A DNA stretch of 64,000 nt from positions 868,001-932,000 of the forward strand of contig MU008156.1 in assembly GCA_010909165.1 (NCBI GenBank). The letters are read 5' to 3'. The notes beneath the pieces are model-generated. The model saw nothing but the letters and a program-made list of their open reading frames with translations. It did not search any database and was not told where the DNA came from. Position 1 is the stretch's first letter. Each line of letters begins with the position of its first letter. Shown here piece after piece: positions 34,600 through 45,659 of this stretch. The stretch comes from Anthoceros angustus. Lineage: Eukaryota; Plantae; Anthocerotophyta. The position numbers were made by a program, and so were the translations under genes.

Positions 34600-36136
34600 G
34601 CCACAATGTCCCGGGAGAGGATGCTCTATGAACCTATGACGGTGGCGACCCGAAAATGCGGGTGTCACTGGCCACTCCGCGAACGGTTGCTTCGCCTGAT
34701 ACGATCGATAGGCAAGCATGTTCTCGGACTTGCACGGGCAGTGCCTGCAGTCACCCTTACTTGCGCCATGAATTGGGAGAGGACGATCCGCCACACTGCA
34801 TAGCATCGCGAAGGAGGACTCAAGCCCGAGCAGTGGCGGCAAACCAGTGTGGCGCCTGGCGGGACACGAGAATGTCACGGGGACAGCAGTATGCAAGGCG
34901 GCTCGCTTATCTCCCAAGGGAGCTTATAGAGTAGACAGGGAAGCAGCCCGTGGTGTTGGAGCAGGGCATTTTCATGCCTTATTATCTACAATCGTCCATC
35001 ATTTCAGTACATGGGTTATGCGGGGTCAATGGCGCACATCATGCCAGGAGTGCTGTCCTATCTAACCGTGGTGTAAGCAACGCTAGTCATCTTCACCGGG
35101 CATCCGAACTGTGCATGGAAACTTTTTGGGGGAGCAAGCTTGGATCCCCAATTGCACTGAAGGCGGGGCCTTCAATCTGACTGTTGCGCCAGTTTGTGGT
35201 GAGAGTATGGCGTCTTTGATTGAGGGTAAACCACCCCGCGAAGCACTCGGCTTGTTGTGCAACGGCGAGAGTTCTTCCGGTGGGAGCTTGCGCGCAGGTC
35301 TGTTGGATGTATTCGAGAGGGAAGCCACGGAAGTGGAGGTTGCCGGTACGCACATCCACATTGCTATTCCACTTGGCTCCTCTCAGTGGTTATGGGTTCA
35401 CGCTCCGAGAACGGGCCTATAGGCTCGCGAGACGAGGTGCGCGCACCATCGGAGACTTGGGAGCCATCAATCGCTGTATCGGAGTCTGGCAGGGAAACAA
35501 AGACAGGATTGTGGGTTTGGGCGCGCAGTATGCAAACACAATCCCGTCCACACTGGCACGCACAGCTGTGGAGGCAGAGATGATGGTGGCCATATCCCTG
35601 AAGCTGAAGCTGGACCAACAGTTTGGGCGAAGACACTCGATGCCCTTGACGCAATTCCTGAAGGAGTTGAAGATGGAGGCAAACAGGCGGCTTGCTGGTC
35701 TCCGATTACAGTGTGGTCTTGAAACCCTCGGAAAGGATGACGCTAAAGCATGGGGATGACTGGTTGTGCAAGGAGACCCAAGCTCGGACATGGTGACGGC
35801 ATTAAGAGACTCGCGTTTGGCTGGCAAGCAGATTGGCTGATAGGCCGCCCGAGACAATTGACCTTAATCGGAAGTGGATTCTCAACGTGCTGGAGAGGAC
35901 CTACCTTCTGTGGAGAGAAATCTGACCGTGTGTGCGACTCACAAGACATGCTCAAAGTGCTTGTGCCCCCGGATTGTAAACCGGATGCTCAACAGCCAGA
36001 CTGTGGGCCGGGGATGGCTCGACACTGTTGCCTCTCGATTGTGTTAAGTGGCTATTCCGATTCAATTTCTCATTGTGTCCACTACCAGTTTTTGCCGCCC
36101 GACTATTGCCTCTATACCACTAGACTTGTGTACTAG
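34600..36136 (+). pseudogene. Degenerate unknown gene, divergent from Tnp2, apparently homologous to the gene inside the AACACG elements
   Basis: Chain of frameshifted ORFs 34847-35065, 35111-35422, 35220-35759 and 35750-36136, with collinear short motif matches (see findings). Confidence 0.5.
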
Positions 36137-36384
36137 CGGACAGTCGCGCGTACCCTAAGCGTTTGTCGCAGCAAACCTGGCTATCGTCCAATCCATCCAT
36201 TTGACATTACGCTTGGGCGCTAGAGTAGAGGTTGAGCGTGGGGCGTGTTTGCAGCATGCGTATGGTGCTTGTACCAGATAGGGCTGGCAATGCGGCAGCT
36301 TGATGCCAGTCGGTACTACGCGTTTGTTACAAAATAGTAAAGGACATACGCCCCAAGGGGAAGGGGAAATGGTTGACTACTTTG

Positions 36385-39300
36385 ACTGGAGAGGGGCGTA
36401 AGAGGCCGATTTACCACCATCCTGGTGGATGTAGACGCTCTGCAAAGACAATACTGCTGGAGCCGAGGAGGGCATCATACCCCAAACAAGGCGATGGCCG
36501 TTCCTACGCCCCCAAGTTCGGTTGGTCGGTGCGCGCCACTTCCACCTTGTCCGCTGATCATGAGTGCTCGCAGAGCAGTTGTTTGATCATGAGCGGTGGA
36601 AGTTTACACGATGGGCGTGGTTGCATGCGTGGCGATACCGAAGCGGGGTAATTGGTTGCGTCTATGAATTCCTAGAATGTGGGCAACAGACAGGCTATTG
36701 GAGGGCATCACCTCTGCACAAAGTAAAGAAGACTTGAAGGCTCTCAATCGGTTGGTGGTTTGCTAGGTGTCAAACGAGCGGCGTCTGGTGAACTTAGCAG
36801 TGGAGCACCATGCAACGCCTTTTGATAGCACACTGCGGTGGGCGGTGAAAGTACTTGTGTTGAACCATATGCCTAGTACTCTGAGTTGTGACGTAGGGAG
36901 GGACGCAGGAGGGGGAGCCCTATCCTGAGCAGGCCAGGGAATTGGATGGCTTCAGCAGTGCATCCCTCTTCGAGTGCACTTAAGAGAGCAAAACATGCTG
37001 CTTGGAAGCGCTGGTGGAGGGAAAAGCAAATTCGAGTTTCATCTCTGTGTGTGGAAGATATTAGGCAAGAAGCTGGAGCATCTTTATGTGTAGAGGATGT
37101 TAGGCAAGAAGCAGGAGCATCTTTGCGTGTAGAGGAGGTTTGTCACAATGATGTTCATCCTCTAGTAAGTGGACATGAGGCAACTTCAACGGGGTCAGAA
37201 GAACCCTTGCATGGTAAGGAGGGATCTAGTCTATGGTTGAATGTTATTGTGGAAGAACAGAGCAGGCCGTGGGTAGAGCAAACAATACCTCTTTCATCCA
37301 CAGAGCAGTCAAGGCGGGTCCATGCACGGCAAGGTGGGGTGGGATCTCACCTAAGTCAGTGAAGGGGCTGTTGTGATGCATAATGTGGACGTGTTGCTCG
37401 AGAAATTGGCCACATTTTCTTACATAGAATTGCCCACTTCAATTCCAATATCAAGACTAAGGTGCTAGATGCTTTTCAAGGCTTCGTGGCCTCGAGGAAT
37501 TCTTCCCTGTTATTGTGGGGTGAAGGCTCGGAAAAGTCCTAAATATCGGTGACCATGAAGAAGCCGCGGTGTGTACAAGCATCCGATAAGTTGAAGGCAA
37601 GATAAACCTTCATGACTATTGTGCTAATTGAGGATGTGAGGTTCTCTTTGAAGCTATCTCCATAACTATGGACCATTGTTGGCTTTGATTCTTGCGAGTC
37701 CTTCTCTTTCTGCCTTTATTCTTGTTTTGGTTAATCTTGTCATCAAGATTTTCTTCGTTGTCATCCTGTCCAACCATCGCACGTGAATTTAGAAGGCATC
37801 GCTAGATCGTGCGCATGCATGTATGGAGAAGTTGATATATTCCGAATTTCCTACATCTTCATCGAATTAGAATCTGCAGAATGGGGAGTTTTTGTTATGA
37901 GGAGTTTTTTTTAGGGAGACTTGAGACTGTAAGATTTAATTTATCAATAACATTGCTAAGATAGCAAATTTATCTAGTTATCTAGTGAAAAAATTCTCAT
38001 TATGTTACTGATGTCATAATTCCCGATTTTGAACGCACAGGTTGAAATGCATGCGGCATTGCATTGCACCACTCGCGACAATACCAAAGCTATACCATTC
38101 TTTGTGGATTAGGGTTAGTCATTACCATGGCTCGTGCCTTAGGCAAGGACGACTTTGTGGAGAGGGCGTAAGAGGCGATTTACCACCATCCTGGTGGATG
38201 TAGACGCTCTGCAAAGACAATACTGCTGGAGCCGAGGAGGGCATCATACCCCAAACAAGGCGATGGCCGTTCCTACGCCCCCAAGTTCGGTTGGTCGGTG
38301 CGCGCCACTTCCACCTTGTCCGCTGATCATGAGTGCTCGCTTGAACAGATTGTTTGATCATGAGCAGGTGGAAGTTTACACAGTAGGCGTGGTTACGCAC
38401 GTAGCGATACCGAAACCGGCTGGTAATTGGTTGCGTCTATGAATTCCTAGAATGTGGGCAACAGACAGGCTATTGGAGGGCATCACCTCTGCACAAAGTA
38501 AAGAAGACTTGAAGGCTCTCAATCGGTTGGTGGTTTGCTAGGTGTCAAACGAGCGGCGTCTGGTGAACTTAGCAGTGGAGCACCATGCAACGCCTTTTGA
38601 TAGCACAACTGCGGTGGCGGTGAAAGTACTTTGTGAACCATATGCCTAGTACTACGAGTTGTTGGGGAGGGGCGGGAGGGAGCCCTATCACGGCGAGGCG
38701 GTGGATGGCTTCAGCAGTGCATCCCTCTTCGAGTGCACTTAAGAGAGCAAAACATCTTGCTTGGGCGGTGGAGGGAAAAGCAAATTCGAGTTTCATCTAC
38801 GTGTGTGGAAGATATTAGGCAAAATTGGAGCATCTTTATGTGTAGAGGATGTTAGGCAAGAAGCGGAGCATCTTTGCGTGTAGAGGAGGTTTGTCACAAT
38901 GATGTTCATCCTCTAGTAAGTGGACATGAGGCAACTTCAGCGGGTCGAAGAACCCTTGCATGGTAAGGAGGATCTAGTCTATGGTTGAATGTTATTGTGG
39001 AAAACGAGGCGGTGGGTAGAGCAAACAATACCTCTTTCATCCACGGAAGGCGGTCAAAGGCGGGTCCATGCACGGCAAGGTGGGGTGGGATCTCACCTAA
39101 GTCGATGAAGGCATTGTGATGCATAATGTGGACGTGTTGCTCGAGAAATTGGCCACATTTTCTTACATAGAATTGCCCACTTCAATTCCAATATCAAGAC
39201 TAAGGTGCTAGATGCTTTTCAAGGCTTCGTGGCCTCGAGGAATTCTTCCCTGTTATTGCAATAGGGGTGAAGGCTCAGAAAAGTCCTAAATATCAGGGCG

Positions 39301-39918
39301 GCCATGAAGAAGCCGCGGTGTGTACAAGCATCTGATAAGTTGAAGGCAAGATAAACCTTCATGACTATTGTGCTAATTGAGGATGTGAGGTTCTCTTTGA
39401 AGCTATCTCCATAACTATGGACCATTGTTGGCTTTGATTCTTGCGAGTCCTTCTCTTTCTCCTTGCCTTTATTCTTGTTTTGGTTAATCTTGTCATCAAG
39501 ATTTTCTTCGTTGTCATCCTGTCCAACCATCGCACGTGAATTTAGAAGGCATCGCTAGATCGTGCGCATGCATGTATGGAGAAGTTGATATATTCTGAAT
39601 TTCCTACATCTTCATCAGAATTAGAATCTGCAGACTGGGGGGAGTTTTTGTTATGAGGAGTTTTTTTTTTAGGGAGACTTGAGACTGTAAGATTTAATTT
39701 ATCAATAACATTGCTAAGATAGCAAATTTATCTAGTTATCTAGTGAAAAAAATTCTCATTATGTTACAGCGTGTCATAATTCCCGATTTTGAACGCACAG
39801 GTTGAAATGCATGCGGCATTGCATTGCACCACTCGCGACAATACCAAAGCTATACCATTCTTTGTGGATTAGGGTTAGTCATTACCATGGCTCGTGCCTT
39901 AGGCAAGGACGACTTTGT
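36385..39918. repeat. ~1.77-kb tandem duplication of unidentified, probably TE-derived sequence
   Basis: 36385-38158 matches 38159-39918, differing mainly by small indels. Confidence 0.8.
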
Positions 39919-39950
39919 GGCTGGAGGGAGCCATGAGAGGAGCGATTGCG

Positions 39951-40458
39951 GGAGGATGTAGGAGGAGGCTAGAGGGAGTGATGGCACATGCATGAGTAGG
40001 AAAGTAATATTGTCGGGGCCAAAATATGAGGGATCAATCCTAGGATATGGGTGCATGTGGATAAAAAGATTGCAGTTGGAGGATGTAGGAGGAGGCTAGA
40101 GGGAGTGATGGCACATGCATGAGTAGAAAAGTAATATTGTCGGGGCCAAAATATGAGGGATCAATCCTAGAATATGGGTGCATGTGGATAAAAAGATTGC
40201 AGTTGGAGGATGTAGGAGGAGGCTAGGGGGAGTGATGGCACATGCATGAGTAGGAAAGTAATATTGTCGGGGCCAAAATATGAGGGATCAATCCTAGAAT
40301 ATGGGTGCATGTGGATAAAAAGATTGCAGTTGGAGGATGTAGGAGGAGGCTAGAGGGAGTGATGGCACATGCATGAGTAGGAAAATAATATTGTCGGGGC
40401 CAAAATATGAGGGATCAATCCTAGGATATGGGTGCATGTGGATAAAAAGATTGAAGTG
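39951..40458. repeat. 127-bp tandem repeat, 4 copies
   Basis: Unit starts at 39951, 40078, 40205 and 40332. Confidence 0.95.
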
Positions 40459-40606
40459 GAAGTTTGATAACGCTTGGGATACAATGTGGCTATGCTCTTT
40501 CCACTTCCTATGGTTTATTTTTCTTCATCTTCATCATCATGTCTTCCATGCGCCGGTGTTGGGAGTGGCGCAATAGCAGGGTCTAGGAGGTCGTGACGGC
40601 GAGGCC

Positions 40607-40871
40607 GGCGGTGAGCCGGATTCCAGGTTTAGGGTTTCACAAGTATAGGGTTTCAGAGGTTTAGGGTTTTGCGGCAGCTGATCTTCTAGGTTTAGGGTTT
40701 CACAAATTTAGGGTTCCACAGGTTTAGGGTTCTGTGGCTGCTGATATTCTAGGTTTAGGGGTTTATAAATTTACGGTTCCACAAGTTTAGGGTTTTACGG
40801 TAGCTGATCTTCCAAGTTTAGGGTTTCACAAATTTAGGGTTCCAAAGGTTTAGGGTTTTATGGCGGTGAGC
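40607..40871. repeat. ~63-bp tandem repeat, 4 copies, each with three TTTAGGG-like telomere/telo-box motifs
   Basis: ggtttagggtttcacaaatttagggttccacaggtttagggtt... periodicity. Confidence 0.9.
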
Positions 40872-41871
40872 TAACTTTCGATGTCGCAGCCTCTGAGGCT
40901 TCCCTTGGGCGCCTTGAGAACTCCCGAGATAGGCGGCTAGACTTTGTTCCTTTTTCTTCCCCGGTGGTGTCTCCGTCGCTCTTGAGGTCGGAATTCAGGT
41001 CATAGGGAGGTTGCCTCCTAGCTCCGCCGTTTCCGGGCCGGGGACTGGCAGGCTCTTCAGGAAGAGGGGGGTTATGCTGCTCGAGATCATCATCATCCCA
41101 TGTCAATATGTCATAGCAGTTCGCCGTCCTCTCCACCCTTGCGACTTGCACATCTCGGGAGATATCGGGTTCTGGAACGAGCATCCCGTCCGAGACCTTA
41201 TCCGAGAGGGCGATGCTTAACTGCCATGTCCTTGTTGCCATTTACACCATTCCTCTATCGAGGCATGTAACAGCCCAGCACTCTCAGTTTTGCCCTAGGG
41301 TTACACTCCCGGTGGCATATGGGGAGCACGGCAATCGCGACGGTGGAATCAAATGGTGCAATAGAATTGGCCTCGCTATGGAAAAGGTAGAAGCAAGCAT
41401 GTGGGATGGCTAGGTGGTCGGTCCTATGATGCTTTGGAAGGCTTTGCGAAACGATGAAGACATGACATTTAGGTACACATATGAAGGATTAGCAAAGGTT
41501 TGAAGGATTTTTAGTTTAGCATAAAATTAAGTCAAGACCTTTTTATTGTTTTTCATGTTATCATTACATTTGAGTCTCATGATGTCACCCATTCTTGATA
41601 CACTTACATGTATCTTCCTTCTTCTACTCCCATTTACCAAAAGATATCAACCTATTTTTATTTAGGGGAAAAAGATATCTATGCCTTGACTAATCTTCAT
41701 TCTTCTTTGAATCTAGAGGTCTTGGAAATATCTAGAACATATTCCGCTACATAATCTTTTATTACAACTCCATGTACACACCAAGGTTCATGAAAGTCTA
41801 CAGTATTAACTCATACCACATTTATCACATGTCAATAAGTAGAAAAGAAAAACAATTCTTATTATTATCCA

Positions 41872-42816
41872 CTACGGATGATGAACAGGTTGAATAATAT
41901 AGGTCCTACACATTGGACAATTTATATTGTAATATAACCACTTTGCGATACATTCTATATGAAATGGATGTCCGCAAGAAGGACAAAGGTATATAATATG
42001 TCCTAGAGGAGGACATTCCAAACATATAGAACAAATTTCAGATGTAGAGGAAATAAGCATTAATTTTATATCTTTCTCACAAACTCCTACGAATTTATGA
42101 TTACCCACCATAGCACGTTGCAAGCCGGTATTCCATGGTAGAGATATAACAATCATAGGTACAATATTTGGTGCTGGCGCTGGAACATAAAATGCTGTAT
42201 AGTAATCTTTTGTATTCAATCTACTTAGGAATGCCTCTTCATACATCTCTTCTTCAATCTCTTCTCGCCTTACTATACATGCTATATCTTCAGTAGTAGA
42301 TAGATAAAAATGTAGGAGCACCATGCGCATCCCATATTGGTATCGACCACATCCAGCTCTTTCATTTCCTCGTCTTGAATATGAAGCATCTGCGTTTTCA
42401 GCTGTTTGAATTCTTGTTTCATTTTCTTGTTCTTGATTTAAAGCATGTGCATTTATTAGATCACGTTGATTAAGTTCTCGTCCTTGATTTGAAGAATCTG
42501 CACTTCTAGTTATTTGATAACCAATTTGATTAAAGTCTCGTTCCTCATTTGAAATTATTTGATCAACTCTTTGATTTAATTCTCGTTCATGATTTGAGGC
42601 AATTTGATCCCTTGTTTGATTGAATTCTTCATCCTGATTTGAGGCATTTTCAATACTCTGCTGGTTAAGCTCTGAAGCATCTTCAATTAACTGGTTAAGC
42701 TCTGGCGGTCGTTGGTCCTTCATGCGAGGTCTAACGCATGATATTACCTCTTTCAAAATAATAACTAGACAAATAATAATGAGAAAAGTCATCATCATCA
42801 TCATCATCATGTCCAT
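41872..42816 (-). CDS. ATL-like RING-H2 E3 ubiquitin ligase, copy 2
   Basis: Paralogue of 14057-14983 with intact TM and RING-H2. Confidence 0.85.
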   Translation of the reverse strand: MDMMMMMMMTFLIIICLVIILKEVISCVRPRMKDQRPPELNQLIEDASELNQQSIENASNQDEEFNQTRDQIASNHERELNQRVDQIISNEERDFNQIGYQITRSADSSNQGRELNQRDLINAHALNQEQENETRIQTAENADASYSRRGNERAGCGRYQYGMRMVLLHFYLSTTEDIACIVRREEIEEEMYEEAFLSRLNTKDYYTAFYVPAPAPNIVPMIVISLPWNTGLQRAMVGNHKFVGVCEKDIKLMLISSTSEICSICLECPPLGHIIYLCPSCGHPFHIECIAKWLYYNINCPMCRTYIIQPVHHP

Positions 42817-44528
42817 GATAAATAGATAAATTAGATAAGGCGAAAGTCGCTCGCATAAGCATAAGAAAAACTAACTTGCCCTATAAAAATAGGGATACGG
42901 CTTGTAAATTAATAAGCTCAAATCAACCTCTAAGCTTTAAAGTTGCAGGGTAACGTGCCTGAAATTCGCCAAAGCACTAAAGTCTTTGAAGAAATTTATC
43001 TCTGCTAGTTCCTAATATCCTCAATTGATTGTATGAGATTGTGTTTTGTCTAATCCATCATGGTCTTGAGCTGTATCGAGGTTTATTCCTGCCTCAAACA
43101 AGATTCTCAATTGCCTATCAAGTTTACTCTTTCGCACAACTGTAATATTTATGAGTTTTATTTGCAAAGCTCAAAGGTCATTTACAAATGTATTATCGAT
43201 ATGATAAATAATCAATTAACCTCTTCTCATTTATATATAGGTAAGTAGAATTATTTTCCGTTTCAAAAAACGAGCCTTAACTTAGCTACTACTAAAACCA
43301 GTCTCTTAATGCATTTAATAGAGAAAATAGATAGCATTGTTTGGACACTCTTACTAAACACTATGATATAAGATATATGGCATGCCACATGGCCTATCAA
43401 TAAGAAATATAGTTATACTTTACTATTTTGTAATTTGTACATGCTTTACAACTAGTTTGCATTAGGGAATTGGATAATGGAGCTGCTCCAACCTGTTAGG
43501 CTTCTTGTAAAATAATTTTCTATTTTGGGGATATTTTTTCTTGAAATGAGACATGTTTATGGTACCTTTAGGGTAGACAATCGGGGGCTGGTGTAAGAGT
43601 CATCTCCCCAAAACAAAACCGTCTTTCCTATGTAGCTTGCCCTATTTATCATGCCGCTGGCATCCTATTTTGGCATGTGAGTTGTGCCTCATAAGTGGCG
43701 AGGATGGAGAACATATAGCATGAAGAAAGGGCTGTGACCGTAAGACCGGCTAGGAGCGATATTACACGCGAATTCAACAAGGTGAACATAATCCTCCCAA
43801 GACTCTTGGTGACAAGAAACAAACAGTACTAAGGAGGGAAAGGTTTTACAAGACCCCTCGCTCCCTAGTCCCTAGTGCAAACCGGTTGTAAAGCATGTAC
43901 AAATTACAGAACAGTAAAGTCTAACTATAGTTCTTATTGATAGGCCATGTGGCATGCCATACATATAATATGTTCTAGTGTTTAATAAGAGTGTCCAAAC
44001 TATGCTATCTACTTTCTCTATTACATGCGCTAAGAGAGTGGTTTCAGAAGCAGCTAAGTTAAGGCTCGTTTTTGAAAGGGAAATTTATTCTACTTACCTA
44101 TATATAAATGAGAAGAGCTTAAGTGATTATTTATCATATCGATGATAGATTTGTAAAAAACCCTTGAGGTTTGCAAATAAAACTCATAAATGGGATAGTT
44201 GTGCAAAAGAGTAAACTTGATAGGCAATTGAGAATCTTATTTGAGTCAGGAATTAATAAACCTCTATATAGCTCAAAACCATGATGGATTAGACAAAACA
44301 CAATCTTAGACAATCAATTGAGGATATTAGGAACTAACACAAATAAAATTCATTCGAAGACTTTAGAGCTTTGGCAATAGGTTCAGGTACATTACCCTCC
44401 GATTTTAAAACTTGGCAATTGGTTCGGGCACATTGATCTGCAAGATGCATCCCTATTTTTAAAGGGCAAGTTAGTTTCTCTTATATGAGAGACTCTCCCT
44501 GTGTCTAATTTATCTATTTGTCATAGAC

Positions 44529-45400
44529 ATGATGATGATGATAATGACTATTCTCATTATTATTTATATTATTATAATTATGAAAGAGGTGATATTACGC
44601 GTTAGACCTCGCATGAAGGACCAACGACTGCCAAAGCTTACCAACAGCGTATTGAAACGCTTCAAATCAAGATCAAGAATATAATCAAACAAGGGATCAA
44701 ATTGATTCAAATCTTGAACGAGAATTAAATCAAAGAGTTGATCAAATAATTCCAAATCAGGAACGAGAATTTAATCAAATAGGTCATCTAGTAAATGGTC
44801 ATTCTTCAAATCAAACACGATCTTTTAATCGAACACGTGATCTAATAGTTGGAGATGCACATGCTTTAAATCAAGAACAAGAAAATGAAACAAGAATTCA
44901 AACAGCTGAAAATGCAGATGAGGAAATGAAAGAGCTGGAGGTAGTCGATACAAATACGGGATGCACATGATGCTCCTACATTTTCACCTATTAAATACGA
45001 AAGATATGGCTTTTGTACTAAGGCACGAAGAGATTGAAGAAGAGAGGAATGAAACGGTATTCTTAGGTAGATTGAATACAAAAGATTATTATACAACGTT
45101 TTATGTTCTCGCGCCAGCGCCAAATTTTGTACCTATGACTGTCATATCTCTACCATGGAATATTGGCTTGCAATATGCTGTGGTGGGTAATCATAAGTTC
45201 ATGGGAGTTTCTGAGAAAGATATGAAATTAATGCTTATTTCCTCTACACCTAAAATTTGTTCTATATGTTTGGAATGCCCTCCTCTATGACATGTTATAT
45301 ACATCCATTTCATATAGAATGTATCGCAAAGTGGTTATATTACAATATAAATTGTCGGATTTGTAGGACCTGTATTATTCAACGTATTTTTCATCCATAA
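44529..45400 (+). pseudogene. ATL-like RING-H2 copy 3, pseudogene
   Basis: Early frameshifts, GGA>TGA at 45288, and a deletion removing LCPSCG from the RING. Confidence 0.9.
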
Positions 45401-45659
45401 TGGATAATAATAAGAATTTTTTTCCTTTCTACGTATTGACATGCAATAAATGTGGTATGAGATAACATTTTAGGCTCTCGTGAACCTTGGTGTGTACATG
45501 GAGTTGTAATAAAAGATCGTGTAGCAGAATATATTATGGATATTTCGAGAAGCTCTACCTTCAAAGAAGAATGAAGATTACTGAACGCCTAGATATCTTT
45601 TTCCCCTAAATAAAACTAAGTTGATATCTTTTGGTAAATGGGTGTAGAAGAACGATTCT

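Larger units (their letters stand above)
41620..45655. repeat. Large imperfect inverted repeat (arms ~41620-43468 and ~43870-45655, ~400-bp spacer) containing RING copies 2 and 3 head-to-head
   Basis: Upstream, coding and downstream sequences are reverse-complement homologous. Confidence 0.85.

Noticed and set aside
36208-36230. Short 5S-like string GCTTGGGCGCTAGAGTAG
   Set aside because: No A box or C box at the right spacing, and too short to distinguish from chance.
36855-36866. GTGTTGAAC as the missing partner terminus plus predicted GAAC TSD of the large AACAC element
   Set aside because: It is not preceded by the CCCCCTTCAAAAATTAT TIR and is absent from the duplicate copy at ~38630.
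40607-40871. GGCGGTGAGC direct repeats as a 10-bp TSD around the telomere-motif array
   Set aside because: Degenerate versions recur in every unit, so it is part of the repeat.
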